This document shows positions 48,401 to 58,517 of a DNA stretch of 64,000 nucleotides, piece after piece (positions within the stretch are counted from its first letter, which is position 1; every line of letters begins with the position of its first letter). A model generated the notes under the pieces. It was not told the DNA's origin. It was given only the letters and a program-made list of their open reading frames with translations, and ran no database searches. The translations under genes and the position numbers were made by a program. This stretch comes from Fimbriimonadales bacterium. GTDB taxonomy: Bacteria; Armatimonadota; Fimbriimonadia; Fimbriimonadales; JABRVX01. The stretch covers positions 34,814 to 98,813 of the forward strand of contig BTVI01000009.1 in assembly GCA_045862955.1 (NCBI GenBank). Direction: 5' to 3'.

Positions 48401-49963
48401 GCACTCACAGATTTCGGCACCGAAAAAGCGAGCCTAGACGCGGCGCTCTTCTCGCTAATCGAGGTGCGCGACGGCTCGATCCGCACCGACGGTGCTGTGC
48501 TGCAGAAGGAGGGCTATGTCGCCCGCCTCTCCGGCCGAGTGCCCTTCCGCTATGACCCCTTCGGCATCCCTTCCGACGGCGAGCTACAGGCCAGCCTGAC
48601 CATCCCGGAGCAGGACCTCGCGGGGCTACGGGTGTTCCTTCCCGCGCTCGACGCAGAGCGCACCAAGGGCAAGCTGTACGGTGAGCAGGTCGAAGGCTCC
48701 GGTGCGAGGCCGATCCGGATTGCATTGTCCGGCACACTGGACAACCCGCGGCTCGACGGTTCGGCGTATCTTAGCGGCGAGGAGGTCGCTCTCCAGGGCT
48801 TCGATGAGAGCCTGCGAGACCTGACCGCCGAGGTCCGGCTGAGGGGAGACGAGATTCGTCTCGAGAGCCTGAAGGGCACAACTGCGTCGGGGGGCGCTTT
48901 CTCTGCATGGGCAGCAGCGAACCTCGACGATGAGGCCGATGGCGCCCTCAGCGGCGAACTCCAGCTAGATGAGCTTCAGGTGCGATCCACGGTGGGGAGA
49001 CCCGACGAGCACCTGCGAATGATTCTCGATGGCTCGCTCGCGTTCGGCGGACGGTTGCGCCGGCCCTCGGTCAACGGCACGATAGCCATCTCGGACGCGT
49101 CGCTGCCCATTCCAGCCGGATGGGACCAATCAGCGACCGCACCGAAGCTCCCGTTCGATGCGGACCTGGACATAGGCGTGGTCTTCGCGCCGAGCACCGT
49201 GCTGACCACTTCGCGAATGGAAGCCCGCGTGCAAGGGGCGGCCCGCTTGGAGCGAACGCTGAGCCTCCCGAAAGCCACGGCATCACTCACCGCTCTCGAC
49301 GGTCGTATCCGATTGCCCGCCAGCCGGCTCCGAATCGAGCCCGGCAGCCGCTTCAGTCTCACCTACGATGCCCAGCGCGACGGCCCCGCCATCGCCGCCG
49401 CCAACGTGGACATGCGTGCGCGCACCCAACTCACCGCCGCCGGCCCCATCGGCATCCCGAACGAGTACACCATCGACCTACACATCACCGGCTCGCTGCT
49501 CGAGGAAGGCGGCCTCAGGATGAACGCGACCTCGTCGCCTCCCGACCTCACAGAACAGCGCATCCTCGCGCTCCTGGGCCACCAAGGCTTCCTCGACACC
49601 TTCGCCGGAGGCGACATCGAAGGCACCCTGCGTAACGAGCTGATGAACATCTTCGGAGCTACGGTACTCCCAGCATTCTTCGATGTTGTCGGCCCGGGTA
49701 TTGCCCAAAGCGTCGGGCTCGAAGCGCTTACGCTCACGTATTCGCGGTTCGAGCCGCTCACACTCAACGTGTCGAAGTCCCTGTTCGACGGTCTCTCGGC
49801 TTCGTACCGGCGCTCGCTCCAGGGCATCGAGCAGCGGTATCAGGTAAAGTTGATGTGGCGGCTGCCCATCCGCGAGCAGTTCCGGGGAACGTTCAATTTG
49901 GGCTGGTCGTACGACGAGCAGAGAGTTCATCGCTTGAGCCTGGAGTGGGGAACTCGGTTCTAG
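45458..49963 (+). CDS. tamB: TamB/AsmA-like translocation and assembly module protein
   Basis: 1501 aa, N-terminal TM, repeated beta-taco segments, 'SSPPDLTEQRILALL', C-terminal Phe; upstream of bamA. Confidence 0.8.
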   Translation: MPRWFSIVPVLIAGAPILCALWFAYVVAQRVIEGAEARLVPAAVRTVEREYGLVVRYGDVTPDLRSGTLEATDVEVLAQDGHPIVYAPNLSLQFTGIDRPRSYVRVEADGAALHVVRLEDGSFELHRLLARPERKPSELPLDLALRNATLFYTDRGDREPRQLEVRNVSANLQILGRAGRVSARGLTDSTAEMTVNAEWTAGQGRMSAAADCLRGAEALAALRSQVGVHVADNISLSDAQGPVELSLTWGGGRTDWIAAGEAKARRVSYQGSTATDLNASFVATPRDWCARGTLRALGGSAAVAARVQTDRSGPHVDAWVSGSGPSAEQLWTLAGRKGPSPVRGSFSGAVNIRGDPAAPSVVGTWRLASAEAQGRRVTGLTGEVVYMTDKTLGLRNLNGRWRGSRVRGEAVVDLRTNEVRAAASVAGLALESFAEAAQQGLSGRADVSAVITGGDDTLRVAANFTAPALNLTRRLGEDEVWSENLGVAEARLTWRAGSLAMPLGRVSGPLGLLQSSGYYAGDTRELSFDYDVVGLPLDALRAFLDVEGSAFASGSVTGSLDAPRVIGRAEVYGPELAGFDAALLGGRFAYAEGLLQMEDVQLRRGAALVDVAGEVDFRHPDLGPLLALQVSGDQIESARVLEALNTDVPLRGLASVLARISGPLSDVEVAGSARVAEGVLDRLALDEARAAFRYGGGELEVSEAEARVGGGVLRGSARIGTDAIEAHLDLIGADLAAVNGYLDPATPLSGTADLTATVHGSLTEPSFTLSGRLHDPAVADLRFTSGTLDGRSEGGEWSGSLRLTHENRSAVAELRAYRLSDRSVDATGAVTLSLDDARFFARRLVPESDSDTWRRLSKLHGLAHLSIGLQGDVKRPSLPFDLQIDDLIVGTREAGRLEARGTATDEMYNFDAINWNSSVGTLQGAGSFTRGADIRAVIDVSNLDAGLLAELDPAFASVHGHVDLTAQMSGDSQRPDVDLTVALTDFGTEKASLDAALFSLIEVRDGSIRTDGAVLQKEGYVARLSGRVPFRYDPFGIPSDGELQASLTIPEQDLAGLRVFLPALDAERTKGKLYGEQVEGSGARPIRIALSGTLDNPRLDGSAYLSGEEVALQGFDESLRDLTAEVRLRGDEIRLESLKGTTASGGAFSAWAAANLDDEADGALSGELQLDELQVRSTVGRPDEHLRMILDGSLAFGGRLRRPSVNGTIAISDASLPIPAGWDQSATAPKLPFDADLDIGVVFAPSTVLTTSRMEARVQGAARLERTLSLPKATASLTALDGRIRLPASRLRIEPGSRFSLTYDAQRDGPAIAAANVDMRARTQLTAAGPIGIPNEYTIDLHITGSLLEEGGLRMNATSSPPDLTEQRILALLGHQGFLDTFAGGDIEGTLRNELMNIFGATVLPAFFDVVGPGIAQSVGLEALTLTYSRFEPLTLNVSKSLFDGLSASYRRSLQGIEQRYQVKLMWRLPIREQFRGTFNLGWSYDEQRVHRLSLEWGTRF

Positions 49964-50092
49964 GCGATCTTCCTCTCCGTTCCGGCTACCTAATGGGGTG
50001 TTCGGTGTCGGCAGATGTGAATTCCGACACGAGGTGCCTGTGGACGGGTCTAATGCGTCAGTGGCCTGGAAACGGCTCGACACGGAGGAGCA

Positions 50093-50632
50093 TTGCCCGC
50101 AGAGAAGGCGGACTTCGAGTCGCTCGTGGCCCTGTATGAGCAGCGCATCTTCAACGTCGTCTACCGGATGGTCGGCGACTACGATGAGGCAGCGGACCTT
50201 ACGCAGGACGCGTTCGTCCGCGCCTATCGGGCATTCGAGAGCTTTCGAGGAGACGCGCAGCCTTACACGTGGCTATACAGAATCGCAGTCAACCTGGTTA
50301 GAGATCATGCGGCCAAAAAGAAGCGCAAGCAGGCCGCCGAGATGTCGCTCGATGCCGGATTGGGAGAGAGCCGGGGTGGCTGGGACGTACCCGACCACGC
50401 CCACGGCCCCGACCGCATCGTGGCGAACGAAGAGCTTCGTGCACAGCTCGAGGCAGCTGTCCAAGCTCTGCCCGATGGCTATCGAGAGTGCGTTATTTTG
50501 AGGGAGTTCGAGAACCTCTCGTATCAGCAAATTGCCGATGCGTTGGGTATCACGGTCGAGGCGGTGAGGAGCCGTCTCGCCCGAGCAAGAGGGATGATCC
50601 GTAGGAGAATAGGGCCTTACCTCTCGTGGTAA
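50093..50632 (+). CDS. ECF sigma factor (RpoE-like)
   Basis: 'AADLTQDAFVRAY', 'TWLYRIAVN', 'LSYQQIA..LGI...AVRSRL.RAR'; TTG start after GGAGGAG. Confidence 0.92.
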   Translation: MPAEKADFESLVALYEQRIFNVVYRMVGDYDEAADLTQDAFVRAYRAFESFRGDAQPYTWLYRIAVNLVRDHAAKKKRKQAAEMSLDAGLGESRGGWDVPDHAHGPDRIVANEELRAQLEAAVQALPDGYRECVILREFENLSYQQIADALGITVEAVRSRLARARGMIRRRIGPYLSW

Positions 50633-50649
50633 GGCATGCAGGAGGAGCT

Positions 50650-52584
50650 ATGGTCCGAGAAGGGATTCGTGGACTCGGTCTGGCAGCGGCACTTGCAGGG
50701 GTGCTGGCTGCCGGCACCCCGGTCCAGGCCATGGAGTGGTCCGACCCGCTTCGCGGAGCGCGGTTCGAGAGCGACATAGCCTCTGCGACCCCCGCAGGGC
50801 TGTTCTCCACGCCATCTTGGCAAGTGCGCCCAGGGGCCGGGCCGCAACCGTTCCAAGGGCGAAACTCGGCAGCGGGCACCGTGACCGAGGTGGCCATCAA
50901 CGGGCTGAAGAACATCGCCGTGGAAACCGTGCAGGCGGCCATGAAGCTGAAGGTAGGGGAGGAGTTCTCCGACACTCTCCTGCTTCAGGATGCCGCAGCC
51001 ATCCAAGGCCTCGGCCTCTTTCAGAACGTGTTGCCCTACGCCGAGCCGACCCCCGGCGGCGTTCGAGTGGTGGTGGACTTGGTCGAGAACCCCGTGATCG
51101 AGAAGATCCGATTCGTCGGCGATATCGTCGTGCCGGAGGAAGAGCTGCGAAAGGTGATGACCCTGCAGCCGGGGCGCGTGCTGAACGTCAACGCTCTGCG
51201 GACCGACGCAGGCAACCTCCGGCGCTATCTAGACGGCAAGGGGTACTTCAGCCAGATCGAATCCGCCGAGTTCTCGCAATCGGAGCCCGGCACCTTCGAG
51301 ATCAAGATCGTCGTGATGCGTGTTGCCGGTGTACGCCTGGAAGGGCTGCGCGCCACCAAGGAGAAGGTCGTCCGGCGAGAGCTTCGCACCAAGCCGGGGG
51401 AGTTCTTCAATCTTGAGACTTGGCGCAAGGATATCCTCCGCGTCTACAACCTCGGCTTCTTCGACGCGGTGGATGCACTCGAGCCCAATGCTCCAACCAT
51501 CGACACCGTGGAGCTAGGACTGAAGTTTCAAGAGCGCCGGACCGGCAGCGTCAACCTGGGTGTTAGCTATGCCGACCGCCAGAGCTTCGCCGGTTTTATA
51601 CAAGTTGAAGAAGCAAACTTGTTCGGTTCTGGGCAGTCAGCCTACCTGAAATTGATGCGGGCCAACCGGGCCGGCCAAGTGGATATAGACGTCGGCTACT
51701 CGAATCCCTGGCTCGACTCGCGCCGAACCGGCATGAGCGTTAACCTGTATGACAAGCAAGTTTATCGTTTCAGCCGCAACTTCTTCGGCGGCGAGACCGA
51801 CCCCAACGCGACCGAACGATACGACGAGCGGCGTTCGGGCGGCGTGCTAACCTTTAGCCGCCCATTCGGTGAAGCGTTGACAGCGTTCGCCTCGGGTCGT
51901 CTGGAGGGCGTGCGGACCAGCGACGTGCCCACTACGGACGAGGACAAGTTCATCCTGCAGGACGGCGACGTGTCCGCACTGACCCTCGGCGCGGTACATA
52001 ACACGAGAGACTTGGACATAGACCCTGCGTCCGGACACTACTTCAAGAGCACTCTCGAGACGGGCATCTCCAACATTACCAAGGTCGCAGGCGCTGTCTC
52101 GGGTGAGGACGTGTTGGGCAGAAACGCCTTCACCAAGTTCCAGATTGATATGCGATGGTACTACTCGGGTGAGGGACGGCGGCTGCGCCCCGATGACAGC
52201 AGGCATGTGTGGGCGCTGCGCCTATACGCAGGAACCCTAGTCGGCAAAATCCCCTTCTTCGAGCAATACTTTGCCGGCGGTGCGGATAGCATCCGTGGCT
52301 ACTCGGAAGACCGATTCTGGGGCAACCATGTGGCGTTCGCCAACCTCGAATACCGCATTCCCATCCAGAAAGGCATGTCTGCCGTTGCCTTTGTGGACTA
52401 TGGCAGCGCTTGGGGTGGATACGGCACGGTAAACACTTTCACGCAGAGCAGAACGTTCGACGGCAAACTCGGATATGGCATCGGCTTGCACTTCCGCACC
52501 CCTCTGGGCCCGATACGACTGGACCTAGCCATTAACGAGGACGGCAAGAGCAAGACGCACTTCATGATAGGTCACACGTTCTGA
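50650..52584 (+). CDS. bamA: Omp85/BamA family outer membrane protein
   Basis: Three POTRA-like domains, 'GGADSIRGY', 'TPLGPIRLD', C-terminal Phe. Confidence 0.9.
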   Translation: MVREGIRGLGLAAALAGVLAAGTPVQAMEWSDPLRGARFESDIASATPAGLFSTPSWQVRPGAGPQPFQGRNSAAGTVTEVAINGLKNIAVETVQAAMKLKVGEEFSDTLLLQDAAAIQGLGLFQNVLPYAEPTPGGVRVVVDLVENPVIEKIRFVGDIVVPEEELRKVMTLQPGRVLNVNALRTDAGNLRRYLDGKGYFSQIESAEFSQSEPGTFEIKIVVMRVAGVRLEGLRATKEKVVRRELRTKPGEFFNLETWRKDILRVYNLGFFDAVDALEPNAPTIDTVELGLKFQERRTGSVNLGVSYADRQSFAGFIQVEEANLFGSGQSAYLKLMRANRAGQVDIDVGYSNPWLDSRRTGMSVNLYDKQVYRFSRNFFGGETDPNATERYDERRSGGVLTFSRPFGEALTAFASGRLEGVRTSDVPTTDEDKFILQDGDVSALTLGAVHNTRDLDIDPASGHYFKSTLETGISNITKVAGAVSGEDVLGRNAFTKFQIDMRWYYSGEGRRLRPDDSRHVWALRLYAGTLVGKIPFFEQYFAGGADSIRGYSEDRFWGNHVAFANLEYRIPIQKGMSAVAFVDYGSAWGGYGTVNTFTQSRTFDGKLGYGIGLHFRTPLGPIRLDLAINEDGKSKTHFMIGHTF

Positions 52585-52614
52585 CACGACACTAACTGGG
52601 AGGAGAACTCATAT

Positions 52615-53250
52615 ATGAACAGCTTTGGAAAGGGTGCGATCTTCGGCGCCCTGATTGCGGTGGCCTTCATGAGCGTGGTAGCGTTTCAGGGGGCTGCCCC
52701 AAAGAACGGCTCGATTGACCTCGACAGGGTCGTGAGAGAGAGCAAGATCGGCAAGGAAGCAGAGGCTCAGTTCAATCGCGATACGCGCCTCCGCAATGAG
52801 CTGCTTCAGCACTTCGACGCGTTCCGCTGCTATGATGAGAACCAGCGAAAGGAAGTACGAGACCTGTGGCTAGCACCCACCCGAACGGCGGAGCAGGAAC
52901 AGCGGCTCGACCTGCTCAAGACACAAGGCCAGGCCATGCAGAAGGAGCTTGCCGACCTGCAAATGAAGGCCGAGAAGGACCGTACGAAGGAGGAGAGCGA
53001 CCGACTGCGCGAACTAACCCGGCGAGCTATCGACATGGACCGCAACTACCTACCGCTCCTCAACGACGAGCTGCGCACCGAGCTGCAGAACTGGCGTCAG
53101 AAGTCGCTGACCGACATCATCAACAAGGTGAAAGCGGCGGTGCAGAAGATCGGTAGGGAGCAGGGCTTCTCGGTGATCTTCGACGCGCAGTACGCGCCAT
53201 ACACCCCTACCGACATCTCCGACCTCGTGCTGAAGGAGATTGATAAGTAG
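52615..53250 (+). CDS. OmpH/Skp family chaperone
   Basis: 'SIDLDRVV..S', coiled coil, 'KIGREQGFSVIFD', 'DISDLVLKE'. Confidence 0.85.
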   Translation: MNSFGKGAIFGALIAVAFMSVVAFQGAAPKNGSIDLDRVVRESKIGKEAEAQFNRDTRLRNELLQHFDAFRCYDENQRKEVRDLWLAPTRTAEQEQRLDLLKTQGQAMQKELADLQMKAEKDRTKEESDRLRELTRRAIDMDRNYLPLLNDELRTELQNWRQKSLTDIINKVKAAVQKIGREQGFSVIFDAQYAPYTPTDISDLVLKEIDK

Positions 53251-53256
53251 GTCTGT

Positions 53257-54261
53257 ATGGCGTCGGTCTCGCGTCTCGGGGCCGCAGCGGTCACCGCCTC
53301 TGTAATCGTGCTCGCCGGATGTGGCAAGGCGACCGAGCCCGCGGTCTATATCGACCTCGATAGAGTCTGGAAGGCCAGGGCGTTCCAGCCCGAGGTCTCA
53401 GCTACTGCATTACACGAGTTCCGCGTCCCGCAGGAGAAGGTCGCGCACAACGTGCGCAGCCGATTCGTGCTCGAGCCTCTGACCACCACACCCGGCTTCC
53501 GAGAGGAGCTCGAGGCGAGAAGGAAGCTGGCGCTGGACATCACTGCCCGGCTAAGGCTCGAGATGGAGCAGGAGCTACGCGATGCCGCTTCCCTGCGCAT
53601 CGCCCGAGACGTGGAACGCAAGAAGGCGGACCTCGTCCAAGTAGCGGACGCCGAAGCCGCGACAGCCTATGACCGTATCCGGCCTAGACTGAGGGAACTG
53701 GCAGAAGCGTATGCCGAACGAAAGGCGCGACTGCTGGTTCGTCGCGCAGTGCTCTCTGCCGAGGGCGGGTCTAGCCCACGTCCCGACCAAGTCCTCGAGG
53801 AGCTGAAGGCTGTCGTCGCCGAGATCGATCGCCTCGACGCAGAGCAAGAAGCGCAAGTACGGTCGTTGCAGCAGCAAGCACAAATCACTGCCACGACCGC
53901 CAAAAGAAGTGTACAAGTCTTGGCCGACGAATATGCACAAAGCCGGGTTCGAGAGGAGCTTGCCGCTATAGAGCGGAAGCTGAGCACGGAGTCGTTCGAC
54001 CTGCGCCTCGTTCTGCCGGACGCACCGCTGACCCCCGAGGTCTCGACGCTTCGAGAGGTACTCGTGCTCGACGCCGTTCCCGTCCCGGAACCTCCGGCTC
54101 GCCGAGGAACGGACGTTGCCGCTCACTGGGCAGCCGGCGAGCGCGAGTCCCTTCTCCGCCAGGCGCGCCTATGGGCCAGAGCCAAAGGATGGCGGCTGTC
54201 GGACACACCGCGAGGGGCCCGAGACGTGACCGCCGACTTCCTAAAGGAGTTCGCTCCATGA
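53257..54261 (+). CDS. Coiled-coil lipoprotein, possibly divergent OmpH-like
   Basis: Lipobox 'LAGC', 'YIDLDRV', long helical region, 'DVTADFL'. Confidence 0.6.
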   Translation: MASVSRLGAAAVTASVIVLAGCGKATEPAVYIDLDRVWKARAFQPEVSATALHEFRVPQEKVAHNVRSRFVLEPLTTTPGFREELEARRKLALDITARLRLEMEQELRDAASLRIARDVERKKADLVQVADAEAATAYDRIRPRLRELAEAYAERKARLLVRRAVLSAEGGSSPRPDQVLEELKAVVAEIDRLDAEQEAQVRSLQQQAQITATTAKRSVQVLADEYAQSRVREELAAIERKLSTESFDLRLVLPDAPLTPEVSTLREVLVLDAVPVPEPPARRGTDVAAHWAAGERESLLRQARLWARAKGWRLSDTPRGARDVTADFLKEFAP

Positions 54262-55283
54262 CCTACCGCCTGCGCGAGATCGCAGAGGCAGCGGGTGGCA
54301 CCGTGGTCGGCGACCCCGATACGGAAGTTACAGGCATCAGCTCTCCCGACCAAGCCTCGGAAACAGACCTCGTCTTCGCGGGCGATCCGGAGTGGCTTGC
54401 TCGTGCAGAGGGCTCGGCTGCCGCCGCGATCCTCGCCCCGAAGGGCTCGAGTTCCACCAAGCCGCTGGTGCTCGTAGACGACGTTCGCAACGCCCTACAG
54501 CACCTTCTCCCGCTCTTCGAGGGCGACTTCCGCCCTCCGGTGGGAGTACATCCGCTCGCCTTCGTCCACCCCGAAGCCCACCTTGCACAAGGCGTTCGCG
54601 TTGGGCCTTTCGCCTGCGTGATGGCTAAGGCGCGGATGGCAGAGGACGTCGTATTGCACCCGTTCGCCTACGTCGGAGAAGGTTGCTCCATCGGGCCTGG
54701 CACGGAGCTGTTTCCGCGTGCCACCCTGATGCCCGGAACGCGCGTAGGCAGTCGCTGCCGTCTCCACGCAGGCTGCGTAATCGGTGAAGCGGGATTCGGC
54801 TACCGCTTCGAGGCAGGGGCGCACCAGCGCATTCCGCAGGTCGGGCATGTCGAGATTGGCGACGACTGCGATATCGGCGCCAACGTGACCGTTGACCGTG
54901 CCATGGTCGGCTTTACTGTCATCGGCCCCGGCACTAAGGTGGACAACCTCGTTCAGATTGGCCACAACGTTCGGATCGGAGCGAACTGCATAATCGTCTC
55001 CCAGACCGGAATCTCGGGAAGCTGTGAGATCGGCGACGGCGTCGTCCTCGGCGGGCAGACCGGTGTGTCCGACCACGTTCGTATCGGTCCGGGTGTCCGT
55101 ACGGGAGGGCAGACCGGCGTTGCAGCTTCCATCACCGAGCCGGGCGACTACTGGGGCACGCCCGCGCGACCCCGCCGCGAGACACTGCGCACGATGGCCG
55201 CGGCGGCGCGCGTGCCGGAGCTGATCAAGGAGCTCCGCGCCCTCCGGGCACGTGTCGAGGAACTGGAAAAGCAGAGTGGCTGA
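54258..55283 (+). CDS. lpxD: UDP-3-O-acylglucosamine N-acyltransferase
   Basis: 'GFGY', 'IPQVG.V.IGD', 'GTKVDNLVQIGHNV'. Confidence 0.95.
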   Translation: MTYRLREIAEAAGGTVVGDPDTEVTGISSPDQASETDLVFAGDPEWLARAEGSAAAAILAPKGSSSTKPLVLVDDVRNALQHLLPLFEGDFRPPVGVHPLAFVHPEAHLAQGVRVGPFACVMAKARMAEDVVLHPFAYVGEGCSIGPGTELFPRATLMPGTRVGSRCRLHAGCVIGEAGFGYRFEAGAHQRIPQVGHVEIGDDCDIGANVTVDRAMVGFTVIGPGTKVDNLVQIGHNVRIGANCIIVSQTGISGSCEIGDGVVLGGQTGVSDHVRIGPGVRTGGQTGVAASITEPGDYWGTPARPRRETLRTMAAAARVPELIKELRALRARVEELEKQSG

Positions 55284-56103
55284 TCGGTACACGATCTCCA
55301 CGACGGTCGCCTGGCGCGGACCGGGTGTTCATACGGGTGAGACGTGCGCTGTGACCGTCCATCCCGTCGCATCGGGCATACAGGTTTCGTGTGGGGGACG
55401 ACCACACCCCCTCCGCTTTGCCGAGATAGTAGACGTTGCGCGGTGCACTGGACTACGCTTCGACGACCGCACGATCCTGACCGTCGAGCACCTCCTCTCC
55501 GCACTCAACGGCCTCGGCATCACCGACGCGTTGCTGGAAGTCGAAGGACCCGAGGTTCCAATCTTGGACGGGAGCGCGCTGCCCTTTGCGCAGGGACTGT
55601 GGGAAGCTGGACGCCAGCACCTGGGTGGGCAGACGCGCGTCGAGATTGAGCCTGTCGAACTGGCAATGGACGAGTCGCGCGTTCGCGTTGCGGCGGGCAC
55701 CGGCACGCTCGCGGTAAGGATTGACTATGATCACGCCGCGATCGGTAGCCAAAGCATGTCCATTACACTCACGCCGGACGCCTACCTGAACGAGGTCGCC
55801 CCTGCGCGAACCTTCGGCCTGCTCGAAGATGCCGAGCGGCTCCGGGCGTTGGGCCTGGCCTTGGGCGCAAGCCTCGACAACACTCTGGTATTCTCCACGG
55901 ACGGCCCGCTGACGCCGCCCCGATTCCCCGACGAACCGGTGCGGCATAAGGTGCTGGACCTCATCGGCGATCTCGCCCTCTCGGGCCACAGCATCTATGA
56001 TTTGGCGGTGCAAGCGGAGCGCCCCGGTCATGTCGTCAACGTCGCAGCAGCGATGCGGCTTCGCGCCAACAACGAGGAAGGGAGGATGGGTATTGAAGAC
56101 TGA
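55276..56103 (+). CDS. lpxC: UDP-3-O-acyl-GlcNAc deacetylase
   Basis: 'GPGVHTG', 'TVEHLLSAL', 'EVPILDGSA', 'ARTFG', 'RHKVLDLIGDL'. Confidence 0.95.
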   Translation: MADRYTISTTVAWRGPGVHTGETCAVTVHPVASGIQVSCGGRPHPLRFAEIVDVARCTGLRFDDRTILTVEHLLSALNGLGITDALLEVEGPEVPILDGSALPFAQGLWEAGRQHLGGQTRVEIEPVELAMDESRVRVAAGTGTLAVRIDYDHAAIGSQSMSITLTPDAYLNEVAPARTFGLLEDAERLRALGLALGASLDNTLVFSTDGPLTPPRFPDEPVRHKVLDLIGDLALSGHSIYDLAVQAERPGHVVNVAAAMRLRANNEEGRMGIED

Positions 56104-56554
56104 CATCGTGATGGACGTCGAGGCAATTCGCAGCCTGTTGCCGCATAGGTACCCACTGTTGCTGGTGGACCGAATCCTGGAACTGGAGCCCGGGAAGCGC
56201 GCGGTCGGACTGAAAAACGTAACCGTCAACGAGGACTTCTTCAACGGTCACTTCCCGGGCCAGGCGATCATGCCCGGCGTGTTAGTGCTAGAGGCTATGG
56301 CGCAGGCAGGTGCTGTCATCATGCTATCCCATCCGGAGCATGCCAAGAAGCTGGCGGTAATCACCGGCTGCGAAAACGTGCGCTTCCGACGTCCGGTAGT
56401 CCCGGGTGACACGCTGGTCACCGAGGTGAACCTACTCTGGTTCAGACGTAACATCGGTAAGATTAGGATGGTAGGCAAAGTGAACGAGGAGATCGCCGCA
56501 GAAGGCGAGTTGACTTTCGCACTAACCGAGCGTAATGGAGCAGAGGAGGCCTAA
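56093..56554 (+). CDS. fabZ: 3-hydroxyacyl-ACP dehydratase
   Basis: 'LPHRYPLLLVDR', 'GHFPG..IMPGVL.LEAMAQ'; start TTG 56093 or ATG 56111. Confidence 0.96.
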   Translation: MKTDIVMDVEAIRSLLPHRYPLLLVDRILELEPGKRAVGLKNVTVNEDFFNGHFPGQAIMPGVLVLEAMAQAGAVIMLSHPEHAKKLAVITGCENVRFRRPVVPGDTLVTEVNLLWFRRNIGKIRMVGKVNEEIAAEGELTFALTERNGAEEA

Positions 56555-56563
56555 CACGGTACC

Positions 56564-57352
56564 GTGACAGACATCCACCCATCGGCAATCGTGCACCCCC
56601 GTGCCGAACTGGGGGAAGGGGTCAAGATCGGACCCTACTGCATCGTCGAAGAGGACGCCGTCCTCGGCGATGGAACGTCGCTCGCCTCCAATGTGTACAT
56701 CGGTCGCTGGACCATTATGGGTAAGAACAATGAGGTTTGGCCCGGCGCGGTTCTCGGCGGACCGCCGCAGGATCGCAAGTACAAGGGCGAGCGCAGCTAC
56801 CTGCGTATCGGTAATCAGAATGTGATACGTGAATTCGTCACTCTTCACCGTGCTTCGGGTGAAGACTGCGCCACGGTGGTAGGAGACGATAACTACCTCA
56901 TGGCGTATTGCCACCTCGGACACAACGTGACTGTCGGTAGTCACGTGACGATGGCCAATGGTGTCGGTGTATCGGGGCACGTTACGATCGAAGACCTGGC
57001 GAACATCGGCGGTCTGACCGGCGTGCATCAGTTCGTCCGAATCGGCAAGGTAGCAATGGTAGGTGGTATGTCACGAATCGTAAGAGACGTGCCACCGTTC
57101 ATGTTGACCGAGGGAAACCCTGCCAACGTGAGAGATATCAATGCAGTGGGTCTCCGCCGGTACGGCGCTACGCCCGATGCGCGCCTCTCCCTGCACAAAG
57201 CGTGTAAGCTGCTGTTCCGCTCCCAAATGGGTCTGAACCATGCCATCGAGGTCGTGCGTAGAGAGGTACCACCCTGCGAAGAACTCGAGTACCTGCTGCA
57301 GTTCGTGGACAGCGGGCGACAGGGTAGATACGGGCGACAGGACCAACGCTAG
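56564..57352 (+). CDS. lpxA: Acyl-ACP--UDP-GlcNAc O-acyltransferase
   Basis: 'PQDRKY', 'IREFVT.HR', 'MAYCHLGHN', 'VHQFVRIG'. Confidence 0.96.
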   Translation: MTDIHPSAIVHPRAELGEGVKIGPYCIVEEDAVLGDGTSLASNVYIGRWTIMGKNNEVWPGAVLGGPPQDRKYKGERSYLRIGNQNVIREFVTLHRASGEDCATVVGDDNYLMAYCHLGHNVTVGSHVTMANGVGVSGHVTIEDLANIGGLTGVHQFVRIGKVAMVGGMSRIVRDVPPFMLTEGNPANVRDINAVGLRRYGATPDARLSLHKACKLLFRSQMGLNHAIEVVRREVPPCEELEYLLQFVDSGRQGRYGRQDQR

Positions 57353-58482
57353 TGTTCCATCCGCTCGTCTGGATCACGGCGGGCGAAGCCTCCGGAGACG
57401 TGGTTGGCTCTCTGCTCTGCGCAACGCTGAAGACGACCCGACCTGACCTACGAATCCATGCCGTAGGCGGTTCGAGACTTCGCGCCGCTGCTGACGAATT
57501 GCTCGCAGACTCCTCCGAGTGGGGCGCCATCGGAATCGTCCGATCACTGCCGAAGGTGCCGCGTGTCTACGCTGCCTACCGACGCCTTCTCAAGCGCGCT
57601 TCCCGAGAATCTCCCCACCTCCACATACCCATAGACTTCGGCGCGTTCAACATCCCGCTCGCACGTCGGCTGAGAGCTCGCGGCTCGCGGGTGCTCTACT
57701 ACATGCCTCCGGGTTCCTGGCGCAAGGACCGCCAGGGCACCGACCTGCCGGCAATCGCCGACGTGATCGCCACGCCATTCGAATGGTCTGCGCGCTTGCT
57801 GCAACTGGCCGGCGCGCGCGCCGAGTTCGTCGGCCACCCGCTCCGCGACCTGGCCCCCGCCCCCACCGACACGTCGCGGGACCGCGTGCTGGCTCTTCTG
57901 CCCGGAAGCCGCGATCACGAAATCCGCGCTAACCTCCCGGTAATGGCCTCGGCTTGCGACCACCTCGCCCGCCAAATCCCCGATCTGCGCTTCGAAGTCG
58001 CGCCCGCTCCCACCGTCCGGCCTGAGGCAATCCGACGAGCCTGGAGCACCGAAACACGCCTACCACTGACGCTCGCCGAGCGAGGCCCGATGGATCTCCT
58101 CGCCCGCGCCCGTGCCGCCATCGTCTGCTCCGGCAGTGCGACCCTCGAGGCTGCCGTGTGCCGCTGCCCCATCGTAGTGATGTACCGTGGGGACTGGCTC
58201 ATGCACCTCGAATGGCGAATCCGAAGGCCGCGTTTCGAGTTCGTCGCCCTCCCTTCCATCGTGCTGGGGCGGCAGCTGTGTCCGGAGCTGCTCCAAGCCG
58301 AAGCTACACCCGAGCGCATCGCCCAGGAGTGCATCGCGCTACTCCAGGATGGCCCTACCCGCCAGGCCCAGCTGGATGGGTTCGAAGAAGTCATCGCCCG
58401 CCTCGGCCCTCCCGGAGCGACCGAGAGGACCGCGCATCTCGCCCTGTCTCTTCTGCCCGAAGCCGGGGCTGCAGGTTGCTAG
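57352..58482 (+). CDS. lpxB: Lipid-A-disaccharide synthase
   Basis: 'AGEASGD', 'PFE', 'FVGHPL', 'LLPGSR..E', 'SGSATLE', 'PELLQ'. Confidence 0.93.
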   Translation: MFHPLVWITAGEASGDVVGSLLCATLKTTRPDLRIHAVGGSRLRAAADELLADSSEWGAIGIVRSLPKVPRVYAAYRRLLKRASRESPHLHIPIDFGAFNIPLARRLRARGSRVLYYMPPGSWRKDRQGTDLPAIADVIATPFEWSARLLQLAGARAEFVGHPLRDLAPAPTDTSRDRVLALLPGSRDHEIRANLPVMASACDHLARQIPDLRFEVAPAPTVRPEAIRRAWSTETRLPLTLAERGPMDLLARARAAIVCSGSATLEAAVCRCPIVVMYRGDWLMHLEWRIRRPRFEFVALPSIVLGRQLCPELLQAEATPERIAQECIALLQDGPTRQAQLDGFEEVIARLGPPGATERTAHLALSLLPEAGAAGC

Positions 58483-58517
58483 GCCGGGTTGCGATATGCT
58501 ACCGTGATGCTGAAGTG